DNA from: Nemertoderma westbladi
Lineage: Eukaryota > Animalia > Xenacoelomorpha
DNA length: 64,000 nt
Direction: 5' to 3'
NCBI GenBank assembly: GCA_032718475.1
Contig: JAUCBJ010006757.1
Span: 18,822-82,821 of the forward strand
In this document: positions 11,606 through 22,084 of the stretch, in pieces
Layout of the letters: every line of letters begins with the position of its first letter
Position numbering within the stretch: position 1 is the stretch's first letter
The notes under the pieces: generated by a model
Database searches by the model: none
What the model was told of the DNA's origin: nothing
Seen by the model: the letters and a program-made list of their open reading frames with translations, nothing else
Position numbers and translations under genes: made by a program

Positions 11606-14600
11606 TTAAGTTGGGGAGTCCCTAGATGTGGGTTGGATTAGGGAAGTGGTCGTGGGAAGAGTTTCTTGCCTTCCATAGTTTCCGGAGAGCTCTCTGTCTC
11701 TTTCCAGTAAACATAAACGACCCACTGGGCGGTTGATCTGTTGAGTCTCAAAGACTATCCCTGGTTTCTTAAAGTTACGCCGCATGACGACGAGTTCTAC
11801 TGATCGCACCAAACCATCGCTCGAGATATGAGTCTCGATGATACGTCCTGTTTGCCATCGCTTACGTGGGAGATTGGGGTCCACAATAAGCACCATGTCT
11901 CCAGCGCTGACGTTTTCTTGCTGCGCAAACCACTTAGTTCGAAGTTGTAGAGTGGGCAGGTAATGTTTCTCGAAATGGTCAGCGAAACGACGGGATAGCA
12001 ACTGCATAAGTTGCCAGGTTCGACGGCAGTACTCGTCTCCGTCTGTGATCTCCGATCGTGGGAGCATGGCTACGGGTTTCTTCAGTAGAAAGTGCGCGGG
12101 TGTTAGCGCTTCCTGGGAATCAGGACTTGAAGAGACTGGCATAAGCGGTCTTTCGTTGAGATAGGCGGCGATTTCCTCCATTAACGTCCGCAATAGTTCG
12201 TCGGTGAGATAAGCGCGACAAGGTACAATAAAGTGGAACGCAGTCTTCACGCTCCTAATCAATCTCTCCCAACTTCCTCCCCACCAAGGGGCGTCGGCGG
12301 CGTTGAAGGTCCAGCTAGACGCTGTTATCTTTAGCTGATCGTCCACCTGTCTTTTGTTCCAGTCCTTTACGTAAGCTTGAATTGCGTTGTTGGCGCCAAT
12401 GAAGTTCGTTCCCTTATCCGATCTCATTGTGTTACTGGTTCCGAAACGAGCGATCTGTCGTCGTAAACTCAACACGAAGCTGTTGGTGGATAGATCGTTT
12501 ACCATATCGAGATGGATAGCTCTACAAGTCATACAAACGAAGATGACACACCATCTCTTGACTATAGTCCGGGCACGATATACTTCAATAGGGCCAAATA
12601 AATCCACACCGGTATTAGTAAAGGGTGGTTCGTAGAAGCTTACTCTTTCCCTAGGTAATTCTGCCTCTCGCTGTGTCAAAGGCCTACTGAATGCTTTCCT
12701 ACAAGGTATGCAGTTCCTAAGGACTTGGTTCAGAGCCCTACGGGGTTTATAAAAATAGAAGCGAGTTCGAATTTCGCTCAGAACTCGTTCTCTTCCAGCA
12801 TGATACAGTTTGCTATGAACATCTACAATCATCTTGATTTGTATGTCAAGATTTCTAATGAGTATGGGAAATTTAGTGTCAAAGGATAATGGGGCGTTGG
12901 TAAGCCTACCTCCAACACGTATTAACCCATCTATCATGGTACTAGAGAAGCGATCCCTTAAGCGCATCTGCGGATTTCTTAACAACAGGAAATACTTATC
13001 GGAATCCTCATAGCATTGTAGGAGTCTTAGCATCTGTTTGTTGGTTTCATCATGCTCCTGGTAACTGATCTTCTCCTTTAGAAACCTGTCGGATATCTTG
13101 TATTTGGGAAGATCTTTAACAACATGGACTCGTGCAGACGTTGATGGAGCATCATCACTATTGGTCTTTGTCCCGGAGTAACGATGATGAAAACATCGTT
13201 TTAAATAGGTGACGGCTTTACAGAGCCGATTCCAGGAGCTGTAGTGACGTATCGCTCTCTGCAAGAGGGGTGAGAGTCCTTGCGCGATATCTGGTATTCC
13301 AGATTTCCAATCCTTGTCACGGATTTCCAAGACTTCTTTAGTCGTGGCGGTGGGTTTCTGATCCAAAGCATCCTCTCCGGAAGTAAATAATACAGATAGA
13401 TCAACCGCAGGTTTAAACAACTTCGATTTACTCGCTCGAGTTTTGGGTTTAACTTTCTCCGCTCCCTTGGCCTGTCTGATCTCTGCTGTTGTGAGATGGG
13501 GAGGCCATTCTTCTTCTTCTCGGTAGAGAAAGTCGGGTCCACCTAACCATTCGGGAGTGTTTACCAATTCCTTTGGAGTCGCTCCTCGGGAAGCGATGTC
13601 TGCTGGATTAATCGTTCCGGGGCAATGTCTCCATTGGTCCATCGTCGTGCGACTAAGTATGATGGCTACTCTGTTGGTAACGAAGACGCTGAACTGACAG
13701 ACTTCATTGGTTATATACTCTAACACGAGTAAAGCGTCGGTCCAATAGACAGTTTTCTCTAATGGATAGTCAATCTGTTCTGTTACATTCCGGCCGATGG
13801 CTGTAGCGTATAGAGCCGCTTTTAACTCCGCTCGAGGAACTTTCAACTTGTTGTTGATTAATGCCTTAGAAGTAACCAAGGCGACTTTGATTCCATCCGG
13901 AGTTTCCACTCTTAGATAGGCTACTATACCTATTCCCATATCGCTGGCGTCTCCAAACACATGGAGTTGATAGGAATACGTAGGGAGAACATGACCAAAA
14001 TATGAATGGGAAATTATAAAATCCTCGATAGCCGGCAGAGAATCTTCCCATTTCATCCACTTCTTTAATAATTCTCCCTTAAGTGGATCGTCCCATGAGT
14101 GGTTCTCAAGCCACATTTGTTGTACCAAACTACGAGCAATCAATATAACTGGGCTAATAAATCCCAATGGATCGAAATAAGTGCTCAGTATACTTAAGCA
14201 AATCCGTTTGGTTCGAACTGGATTATCTCGCTGTTTTAGCTGGAAAAACAGGATATCTCGCTCTGTGTCCCATTTCAAGCCGAGTGTCTTGGTTTCTGGC
14301 AGATCATCTTTGATCAAATCTAGATCTTTCGCCCCTCGATCTTCCGCAGGGATCGACTCCAGAAACTCACGGGAGTTGCTGGTGAATTTCGTTAATCGAA
14401 ACCCACCTCTTTTTAAGCACTCTACCGTTCCTTTAGCGACCTCAATGGCTTCTTCAACTGATGGGAGGGACTTCAGATTATCATCCATGTATATGTCCCG
14501 CTTGATGTTGTCGATCACTTCCTTAGAGAAGGCCTCTCGGTTGTCCTCTGCAGTGGTACGCACTACCGAACAGGCGTTGGAAGGGCTTGAGATTATCCCA

Positions 14601-17600
14601 AAGGCCTGGATGGTCATCCAGTACTCCACCGGTTTCTGGTTGAGGTCTCCTTCGGGCCACCACAGAAATCGTAGACTATCTCGATCCCTATCTAACACCT
14701 TGACTTGTAAGAACATGCCTTCTATATCGGAGGCGAAAGCAATCGAATATTGTCTCAATCTTAAAAGAATTCCCAACAAAGATTGAAGTAAGTTGGGTCC
14801 GGGTAACAATTCAGAGTTAAGGGATTGACCCATGTAAAGAGCGGAGCCATCAAACACTACTCTCACTTCATGTGGCTTACCGGGTTTAGGGACGTAATGG
14901 TGAGTTAAGTAATACGTTCTTTCAGTCACAGGTGTTTCTTCCGGTACTCTCTCCGCGTATCCCTTACTAATAAATTTATCCAGCTGTGTTTGATACATTT
15001 CTTTAGCTGAAGAATTAGCCGTAAGGCGTCGATGGAGTTGCGCGATTCTTTTTTCCGCCAAGGGTCTGTTATTGATGAACTTCGGTTCTCTCTTGCGGAA
15101 AGGTAGACCGACTTCATACCTACCTTGATCTTTGAGGAAACGCGTAGTGGTTTCTTGGATCTGCTTGGCCCTTTCCTCTTCCACCGATAAGGCTTTATCG
15201 TAGGAATTGGGCTCTACCGCCTCTTGCGTAAAGAATCGTACGGCATGTTCATCTCGAGTCTTGGCATTACAACGCTCAATGACGTCATTTAGCTCGTCGT
15301 TATAAGCTTCTTGTTCAGATGGATAAAGAAGTTGACATAAGTTCACTTGGTTTTGCCAAGCCTCATTTTCCTTAAGGAGATCGATGGTATTCTCCTCATC
15401 AAAAAGCTGGTGAACGTCGTCGTTATCTGAGGAGTATGGGGTTCCCGCAGTTAAATCATCTCCCTCACTAGTATCATCTTCCCATTCACTCACCTGGCAG
15501 ACGCGCTCTTGCGGTAGTCTTTCTCTGAGTGTTCTACGGGAAGGGCCAGTGAAGTACCAACCTACTCTAGTTCTTACCGCATAGGTCTGTAGTGGTTGCG
15601 GTTGAGCAGGCCGTTTCTCTAATGTCTCCAGCGCCTCATGCGCGTTTTGGCCGATGAGTATTTGCACTCCAGGATAATCAGTCTGGAATCGAGGTATGTT
15701 AAGATGTTGGATGCTCTCATCCTCGTCCCAATTATAAAGGTCTGCTTGAGTAGTAGCGAAGTTCTTTATAGCCACCATTTTCACTGACCTTATGCTATGT
15801 TCTCCTAGTTCGTCTTGTGGGGTGGACAACGCACCTACATAATAATCAGCTGTTACTGTAGATTTCCAAACTTGCATAATGCCGGACATGTTTAGCTTAG
15901 TTCGGAACTTGGGTTGTCCAGCAAATATGTCTTCGGCTAGCTCTTTGTCGATGAATGTTCCTGTACTACCGGAGTCAAGGAGGGCGTTCACTACATAACT
16001 CCTCTTAGGTCCGTGAACCCTTACCTGTACCACAGGAAACTCTCGGATCCCTACATTGGAAGATGGCTCTTTCCAAGATGGTTGTCTATCAGAAGTAGTT
16101 AGAGTGAAGTCGCTGTCTGTATCTTTTTCATATGTGAGTGCTCGATACACTGCGGTATTTATCATGTAACAGGATTCGTTTTCGTCGGAGAACTCGTCCG
16201 TATAGAATCCTTCCATCTCAGATTGATCAGTGTCGTTCACATCACTGAATTGGACATGTAGTTCGGAATCACTTACCTGATTCGGACTATTTCGCTCGAA
16301 TTCAGCGTGCAACAAGATATGATGTTTCGCACCACACTTTGCACACCTTATGTCCGAGTAACAGGTTCGCCGTTGGTGTCCTTGTCTGAGGCAATTATAA
16401 CATAACCGCTTATCCCACATGACTTCTCGTCTCTCCGTTAATGATTTCTTCAGGAATTCCTCACACATATTCAAACGGTGGGTCCCGTCACATAGCGCAC
16501 ATTTCGGTTTGATGTTACTCACCTTAATCTGAGTCACATTGTGTACACTTGCTTTTTCTTCGGGCTTTCTCACCTGAATTCTCTTGGGAGACGTAGGAGG
16601 AGTTTTTCTGACCTGTTCTCTCCTGTCATTTGTTCGAGACTTGAATTTACTTACCTGATCTTTAGGCATTTTATTTACGTAATAAGATCTATCAGTGTCT
16701 TTCCCGCTATCTTCTCCTTGAGAAGTCTGGCTTTCGCCGTCGTCTGTATAACACACTGGTGTTACCTTTCTCCTAGAGACGGGTTTTTCACTTACCTTGT
16801 TTTCCGGTGTCTTCTCTCTGGACAGTTTCAGGAGCTGTAATTTCACTTCTCCATCTAGGAATGACATGAGATCAGCCATGGTAGGGTCTCGTCGTTGTTG
16901 TTCCATCATATATAACACTTTCTTATCCCAGCGTGTACCTACTCCACCCTTCGGTAAAGTAGAAGCCACTGCTCTAATAACCATAGCATTCTGATACTCA
17001 TGAGACTTACCTAGCCAATCTAATTGTCTACAGATCTCCTGAATCTCATCGGAAAACTCTATAATTCCGCTGCTAATAAACTTTCGGGGCGCTACCAACT
17101 TTGCATACAAATACCCAGCTATGTTATTCCTATTACCATACCTGATGTTTAGTGTATCCCAAACTTGTCTTAATCCGTCTGGATGTCCAATAAACTTTAA
17201 CGCCATTAACTTGGGAGATCCTTCCAAGCACTCGATGAGGAATCTAAGTTTCTCTCCATTAGATAGCACAGAGTTCTGTATGTTATCTTTGTAATATTCA
17301 TTAAAAGGTAACCATTTCATCTCATCTCCATTGAACTTGACGATCTCTCCCACCTTTACCGCTTGCCGGGCTTCGGTTCTAGCCATTTGACGCGTAAAAC
17401 TTTCTTGGGCCATCGTGTTATTTAATATCGAGTTATCGGTATATAAATTTCTCGGATTATGATCTGGTCTATAGGGAATATCATTATCAACAGGTCTATA
17501 ATTACCCTTAATAGGGTTCACTATAGGAGTTTCTACTTCGCTAGCAGTATAGATGCGTGTAGGCTCCACACCTTGCGCATGAGATACTTCAGACCTAACA

Positions 17601-19774
17601 GGTTGACACATTGTTACAAGGGGTGGTGGTATATCCTTTTGTGCATTTACTAATTTATCGCGTTCTAGCGCGATACTTTGCTGCACTTCTTGCAACTCTA
17701 GCCTACTTTCCCTTACTGTGCCTTTGAATTGTTGAACAGTCTCCTGCATCTGTCCGAGCAGGAGATCCATCCCCCGTCGTCTCTCATCCACCCATTCGAC
17801 CGCCGAAGCGGGATTCGCCAACGTTGTAGCGGGCGGACGAGGGACAACGGGCGACAAATCTTGAATATTTCGCTCGGAGTCCAGGGTATGAACTGTCTCA
17901 CGGACTGTTCTGCTGGGCACAGGTAGCTTAGTGCTGTGCAAAGGGAATTGTGAGGTAGGTTCAGGGAGTACAGGTGTCTCTACGACCGAAAGAGTAGCTT
18001 CGGGAACAGGCCTAATTATTTCAGGCTCATCTACTATAGTAGGGAGTCTCTCTATTGTAATAATTTGGTCTGTGGGTTCTGTACTCGCTAAGTTGGTGTT
18101 ATTTAGTTGCCTTCTAACAGCTGGAGGCAAATCAGGCAATTTCCGACGGTGGAATGTTCTTTTACGTCTGCTTAGGCGAGATCGATTTCCTCCGCCTTCA
18201 GTGTCGGTGGTATCGCCTTCCTCAGATGATGTATAACCTTGTCGTTTGGGAGTAGATCGATTCATCATCTGCATATTACTAGCTGTTAACTGTTTATTAA
18301 CGTTGTCTTGTCTCTCTTGAAGATTTTCCAACTCTAGTTGGGTTGTCTCTTCAGATGCCCTCCGTTCTGCTTCTGCCACTGCTATTTTTCTTTCCGCTTC
18401 GGCCGCCTTTCTTTCCGCTTCTGCTGCTGCCACCTTTCTTTCCGCTTCGGCCGCCTTTCTTTCGGCTTCTACTGCTGCAGCTGCCGCTTTTGCCTCTGCC
18501 GCTGCCGCTTTTGCCTCTGCCGCTGCCTCTGCCGCTTTTCTATCCACTTCTGCCGCTTTTCGTTCCGCTTCTGCCGCTGCCACTGCCGCTGCTGCTGTCT
18601 TTCTATCTTCTATACGTTTTTTCTTTACTTGTTCTTCTTGAACCTTGGCGATGCGGAGTTGTTCATCGAATTTAGCTTGGTTCGCCGCTAACCTATCCAC
18701 ATCAATTGCATCCAACACACGCTGGGCTCCTTCACTATTAGGACTAAGTCCCGCTAACCTTCTCCTCAACTCTTCATCTCCCAAAAAACGCTGATAGTCT
18801 GACAGATAGATGTCAATGGCATCCCTCTTATGCGGTTTCTCTGCCGTCGCTTCACTTTCCACTTGGGAAAAAGTAGCGTCCGTTGATTCTCCATGGGTTG
18901 AGCGCTCCTCCAGCTGAGCTTTCCACTGAGCTGTTCCTTGAACCTGGCGACTCACCCGTTGAAACCAAGTCTTTACGGCAACCTGCAACGACGTGTCTTG
19001 TCTTCTTTTAGAAGCCTCTTCAAAGGCTGATAATATTAGCCTGATTCGCAGAATTCTTTCTCTAACTTGATAAAGCAGTTGTCCCTGCTCTTGAGGTCCC
19101 TTTGGTTGTTGAAACAGTTGTTTTTCTACTCGCTCCATAGAGCTGAAGAATCCCTGTGCGTATCCGGCTGCGGACCTCTTCCACACAGCTGGATCGATGG
19201 TTTCCTTGGCTACTCCCATCCGGTGTATGTCTTCCCAGGCAGCTTCTGATAAATCAAATGGGAGTCCGGGTCCGGGGAAGTTCCATTGTGACTCGACCAT
19301 AGACTTCAGTTCTTCCCTTGTGTATCCCTCATATCGATCTTTAGTTGATCGCTTACTTCTCGCCCAATCGATCTGGTGTTCTTCCACCGCAATCAATAAC
19401 CTAGTGAGTACGGCTGCAGGAAGGATGAGAAGGGGATCCGAATAAACCGCATCCGTCATCCTTGCTCCGCGCTCGGGTGTCAGTTCTACAGTATCTTCAC
19501 TACTGGAGCTGTCGGGCCGCTGAGAAATAAGTTCTTGGCTCGCGGGTTGTTGCTGTTCCGCTGCTTCTTGGTCCCGCTTGACCTGAGCTCGAGTGCCTAT
19601 GATAGACCTACGATGTTGGACCAGCCTAGGTTCTGTTATTACTACTGGAGGGATGACCTTCCTCACAGTGGGAGGTGAACTGAACTTAGGACTAGACGGT
19701 TCTACACCTCTGTCTGAGTCGCAGATAGTTACATCTAATAAACTGTCTGACAGGTTCTGTTTAGTATCAGACAT
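11606..19774 (-). CDS. BEL/Pao Gag-Pol polyprotein (~2720 aa; likely ATG at 19774, MSDTKQ)
   Basis: DUF1759-like Gag (KFNGDEMKWLPF); three BEL-type Cys/His knuckles (CALCDGTH..C, CYNCLRQGH..C, CAKCGAKHHILLH); aspartic protease ALLDSGS; RT YMDD; RNase H VFGDASD/PRAEL; NPADIASRG; integrase HHCC plus GVDLFGP/SDKGTNF/GGSWERLIRS. Confidence 0.97.
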   Translation of the reverse strand: MSDTKQNLSDSLLDVTICDSDRGVEPSSPKFSSPPTVRKVIPPVVITEPRLVQHRRSIIGTRAQVKRDQEAAEQQQPASQELISQRPDSSSSEDTVELTPERGARMTDAVYSDPLLILPAAVLTRLLIAVEEHQIDWARSKRSTKDRYEGYTREELKSMVESQWNFPGPGLPFDLSEAAWEDIHRMGVAKETIDPAVWKRSAAGYAQGFFSSMERVEKQLFQQPKGPQEQGQLLYQVRERILRIRLILSAFEEASKRRQDTSLQVAVKTWFQRVSRQVQGTAQWKAQLEERSTHGESTDATFSQVESEATAEKPHKRDAIDIYLSDYQRFLGDEELRRRLAGLSPNSEGAQRVLDAIDVDRLAANQAKFDEQLRIAKVQEEQVKKKRIEDRKTAAAAVAAAEAERKAAEVDRKAAEAAAEAKAAAAEAKAAAAAVEAERKAAEAERKVAAAEAERKAAEAERKIAVAEAERRASEETTQLELENLQERQDNVNKQLTASNMQMMNRSTPKRQGYTSSEEGDTTDTEGGGNRSRLSRRKRTFHRRKLPDLPPAVRRQLNNTNLASTEPTDQIITIERLPTIVDEPEIIRPVPEATLSVVETPVLPEPTSQFPLHSTKLPVPSRTVRETVHTLDSERNIQDLSPVVPRPPATTLANPASAVEWVDERRRGMDLLLGQMQETVQQFKGTVRESRLELQEVQQSIALERDKLVNAQKDIPPPLVTMCQPVRSEVSHAQGVEPTRIYTASEVETPIVNPIKGNYRPVDNDIPYRPDHNPRNLYTDNSILNNTMAQESFTRQMARTEARQAVKVGEIVKFNGDEMKWLPFNEYYKDNIQNSVLSNGEKLRFLIECLEGSPKLMALKFIGHPDGLRQVWDTLNIRYGNRNNIAGYLYAKLVAPRKFISSGIIEFSDEIQEICRQLDWLGKSHEYQNAMVIRAVASTLPKGGVGTRWDKKVLYMMEQQRRDPTMADLMSFLDGEVKLQLLKLSREKTPENKVSEKPVSRRKVTPVCYTDDGESQTSQGEDSGKDTDRSYYVNKMPKDQVSKFKSRTNDRREQVRKTPPTSPKRIQVRKPEEKASVHNVTQIKVSNIKPKCALCDGTHRLNMCEEFLKKSLTERREVMWDKRLCYNCLRQGHQRRTCYSDIRCAKCGAKHHILLHAEFERNSPNQVSDSELHVQFSDVNDTDQSEMEGFYTDEFSDENESCYMINTAVYRALTYEKDTDSDFTLTTSDRQPSWKEPSSNVGIREFPVVQVRVHGPKRSYVVNALLDSGSTGTFIDKELAEDIFAGQPKFRTKLNMSGIMQVWKSTVTADYYVGALSTPQDELGEHSIRSVKMVAIKNFATTQADLYNWDEDESIQHLNIPRFQTDYPGVQILIGQNAHEALETLEKRPAQPQPLQTYAVRTRVGWYFTGPSRRTLRERLPQERVCQVSEWEDDTSEGDDLTAGTPYSSDNDDVHQLFDEENTIDLLKENEAWQNQVNLCQLLYPSEQEAYNDELNDVIERCNAKTRDEHAVRFFTQEAVEPNSYDKALSVEEERAKQIQETTTRFLKDQGRYEVGLPFRKREPKFINNRPLAEKRIAQLHRRLTANSSAKEMYQTQLDKFISKGYAERVPEETPVTERTYYLTHHYVPKPGKPHEVRVVFDGSALYMGQSLNSELLPGPNLLQSLLGILLRLRQYSIAFASDIEGMFLQVKVLDRDRDSLRFLWWPEGDLNQKPVEYWMTIQAFGIISSPSNACSVVRTTAEDNREAFSKEVIDNIKRDIYMDDNLKSLPSVEEAIEVAKGTVECLKRGGFRLTKFTSNSREFLESIPAEDRGAKDLDLIKDDLPETKTLGLKWDTERDILFFQLKQRDNPVRTKRICLSILSTYFDPLGFISPVILIARSLVQQMWLENHSWDDPLKGELLKKWMKWEDSLPAIEDFIISHSYFGHVLPTYSYQLHVFGDASDMGIGIVAYLRVETPDGIKVALVTSKALINNKLKVPRAELKAALYATAIGRNVTEQIDYPLEKTVYWTDALLVLEYITNEVCQFSVFVTNRVAIILSRTTMDQWRHCPGTINPADIASRGATPKELVNTPEWLGGPDFLYREEEEWPPHLTTAEIRQAKGAEKVKPKTRASKSKLFKPAVDLSVLFTSGEDALDQKPTATTKEVLEIRDKDWKSGIPDIAQGLSPLLQRAIRHYSSWNRLCKAVTYLKRCFHHRYSGTKTNSDDAPSTSARVHVVKDLPKYKISDRFLKEKISYQEHDETNKQMLRLLQCYEDSDKYFLLLRNPQMRLRDRFSSTMIDGLIRVGGRLTNAPLSFDTKFPILIRNLDIQIKMIVDVHSKLYHAGRERVLSEIRTRFYFYKPRRALNQVLRNCIPCRKAFSRPLTQREAELPRERVSFYEPPFTNTGVDLFGPIEVYRARTIVKRWCVIFVCMTCRAIHLDMVNDLSTNSFVLSLRRQIARFGTSNTMRSDKGTNFIGANNAIQAYVKDWNKRQVDDQLKITASSWTFNAADAPWWGGSWERLIRSVKTAFHFIVPCRAYLTDELLRTLMEEIAAYLNERPLMPVSSSPDSQEALTPAHFLLKKPVAMLPRSEITDGDEYCRRTWQLMQLLSRRFADHFEKHYLPTLQLRTKWFAQQENVSAGDMVLIVDPNLPRKRWQTGRIIETHISSDGLVRSVELVVMRRNFKKPGIVFETQQINRPVGRLCLLERDRELSGNYGRQETLPTTTSLIQPTSRDSPT

Positions 19775-19899
19775 GTTGGTTTGCACAGTTGAATGCCTAC
19801 TGCTATATTACAGTTTAAGCAAGTCTAGTAATTCAGAGTTAACTGCTAGCCTAGTAATTAATTACCGATACTGCTACTCAGTGTAGCGTGATATATATA

Positions 19900-20292
19900 A
19901 TATATTAGAATACCGGTATGCTTATTGCTTATAGTATATATAACTATATAAGTATTATTACAGACTAGGTTTATCACAGAATACCGGTATAATTTTAGCA
20001 CAAATATATATAAATATATAATAGGCCTATCGGGAATACCGGTATACAGCTTACAGTTTGTAGTATATATAATTCTGGACTAGAATTAATTACAAGTACC
20101 GGTATAATTTCAGCCTAAATTTATAGAAATAAAGATAATAGGCCTATCGTAAATACCGGTATGCAGTTTACACTTATAGTATATATATATAAGTATAATT
20201 ACAAACTAGAATTAATTACAGAATACCGGTATGATTTCAACCTAAAATTTATAGAAATAAATATAATAAGCCTATTGTAAATACCGGTATAT
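19900..20292. repeat. AT-rich ~60/120-bp tandem repeats (ATACCGGTAT core) in the element 1 leader
   Basis: Repeated ATACCGGTAT blocks. A shorter version is present in element 2 (~42910-43165). Confidence 0.75.
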
Positions 20293-21239
20293 CAATTATT
20301 TTAAATAACTGAATTTCTGAATTTTAAGGGTTACTTGGTTACTTTAACTTACTTTATTGCCGTTATTTAAGCAGTAGTCCAACTGATATTGAGACCTAAT
20401 TGTTGTATGGCAGGCCTACTATTTATAAATCGTTTGAGTTGATTTATAATATATATATACCCGTTTAATGGGTTTTGTCAATGTTGAAATAAATGTTATT
20501 ATTTCTGGGGAGTCACTACACATAAGCAGTGCGCTCTCAGTGGAGTGCTACTTGTTGGACACTAAAACAAATAATTCTAATTTAACTAAGTTACTTAATA
20601 CTACAAATTACGTACAATTCGGGTTGAGATTACAATCTCTAAATAAACACAAAAATTTACAAAAAACACAAAATACGAAATTTTAGGGTAATTTTACAAG
20701 AAGTCTACAAACCAGCCTGACAAAGGGTTAGAATCTGGTTATTACAACGGACAGGGTACTACGGTATTTGAAAATAATAAGTAGTAGTAAATACACTGCG
20801 TTGTCCAGATAGGAAAATACCACCGCCTGACGACCTATAGCCGTATCGCTATAGGTACTACGTTATGTATCACGGAGTGTTCCTACCTAGAAGTTAATAG
20901 AGCTAATCGAACGTGCCTATCAACCACTTTACAACACAAATATAATGTCTACACTAATTACTTTCGGAAAGCACTGTACACTAAACCCTAAATTAGGTAC
21001 GAGTACTTGTACAACATATAATCAGTAGTTAAATATACTTGAACAGCTAAAAGAACCACGGCATCTGCTGGAGTGACCAAAGCACAAAATCTCCAGTCTT
21101 TACCTACGCCGAGCAGCCCTGATGTAGTACCGGGGTTAGTTTAACTATAATGGTATGTATAACAAACACAATTACTGTAGGAATAAACTTGGGGATATGA
21201 ATGTTGCGAATAATCGCATAAACTCTGAATAATAAATAT

Positions 21240-21805
21240 TACGCTACGCGTACAGACCATTCAAACAAAATGCAGACCAAATACTGACAGACTACTATCA
21301 AGCCTAAACAAACTACGGTATATGCAGACTCCGAAATGATTAAGTAGTATGCGTTCTAACCCAGTAGTACGACTTATTCTTTAGATGGGGGTTTACCTTA
21401 CAGCGATGGCTGCCCCTACTTCCTAACCGTTCTTTATCGGACAGATGCTTTGCACACACCGAAATTTCCTCAAACCCAACAACAGCCAGACAACTATCCA
21501 GCCTACAAATTATCTAAATAAAATTATACGCTACCCGTACAGACTACACAAACAAAGTACAGACTAAACGATGGCAGACTACTCTCAAGCCTAAATAAAC
21601 TACAGGACAGGCAGACTCCGAAATGATTAGGTAGTATGCGTTCTAACCCAGTAGTACGACTTATTCTTTAGTTGGGGGTTTACCTTACAGCTTTGGCTGC
21701 CCCTACTTCCTAACCGTTCTTTATCGGACAGGTGATCTACACACACTGCAATCCGTTCAGACTTAACAGCAATCAGACAACAGCCCAGCCTACAAATTGT
21801 CTGTA
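21240..21805. repeat. ~287-bp tandem duplication in the element 1 leader
   Basis: GCAGACTCCGAAATGATT...GTAGTATGCGTTCTAACCCAGTAGTACGACTTATTCTTTAG occurs twice. Single copy in element 2 (~44100-44370). Confidence 0.85.
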
Positions 21806-22073
21806 CAATATGATCAGGCTTACACGCCTTCTGTTCAATACTGGCCTACAAATAAATAAAACTGACAGAAATAGGCCTAAGTAAAATCCCAATAAAAACC
21901 AGGCGTCCCCGATTAATTATTAAGACCTACCGGCATATAATTATCAAAATCGAATAATACTGCTGTACCTATACTGCTGTAGGTACCGGTCCGGATGATC
22001 AGGCAGTCAGGCCTACAGGTTTCCGGTCGACCGGTACTTTCGACTAGATTGCTTACACCGCAATCCAGAAGCA

Positions 22074-22084
22074 ATATCTGTTAT
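22074..22084 (-). other. Non-tRNA primer-binding site of element 1 (ATAACAGATAT), complementary to an LTR-internal 11-mer
   Basis: Abuts the 5' LTR and has no TGG. Its partner is at 7916-7926 (perfect) and 22802-22812 (1 mismatch). Confidence 0.75.

Noticed and set aside
12387-19886. Plus-strand ORFs antisense to Gag-Pol
   Set aside because: They are shadow ORFs of the long coding strand.
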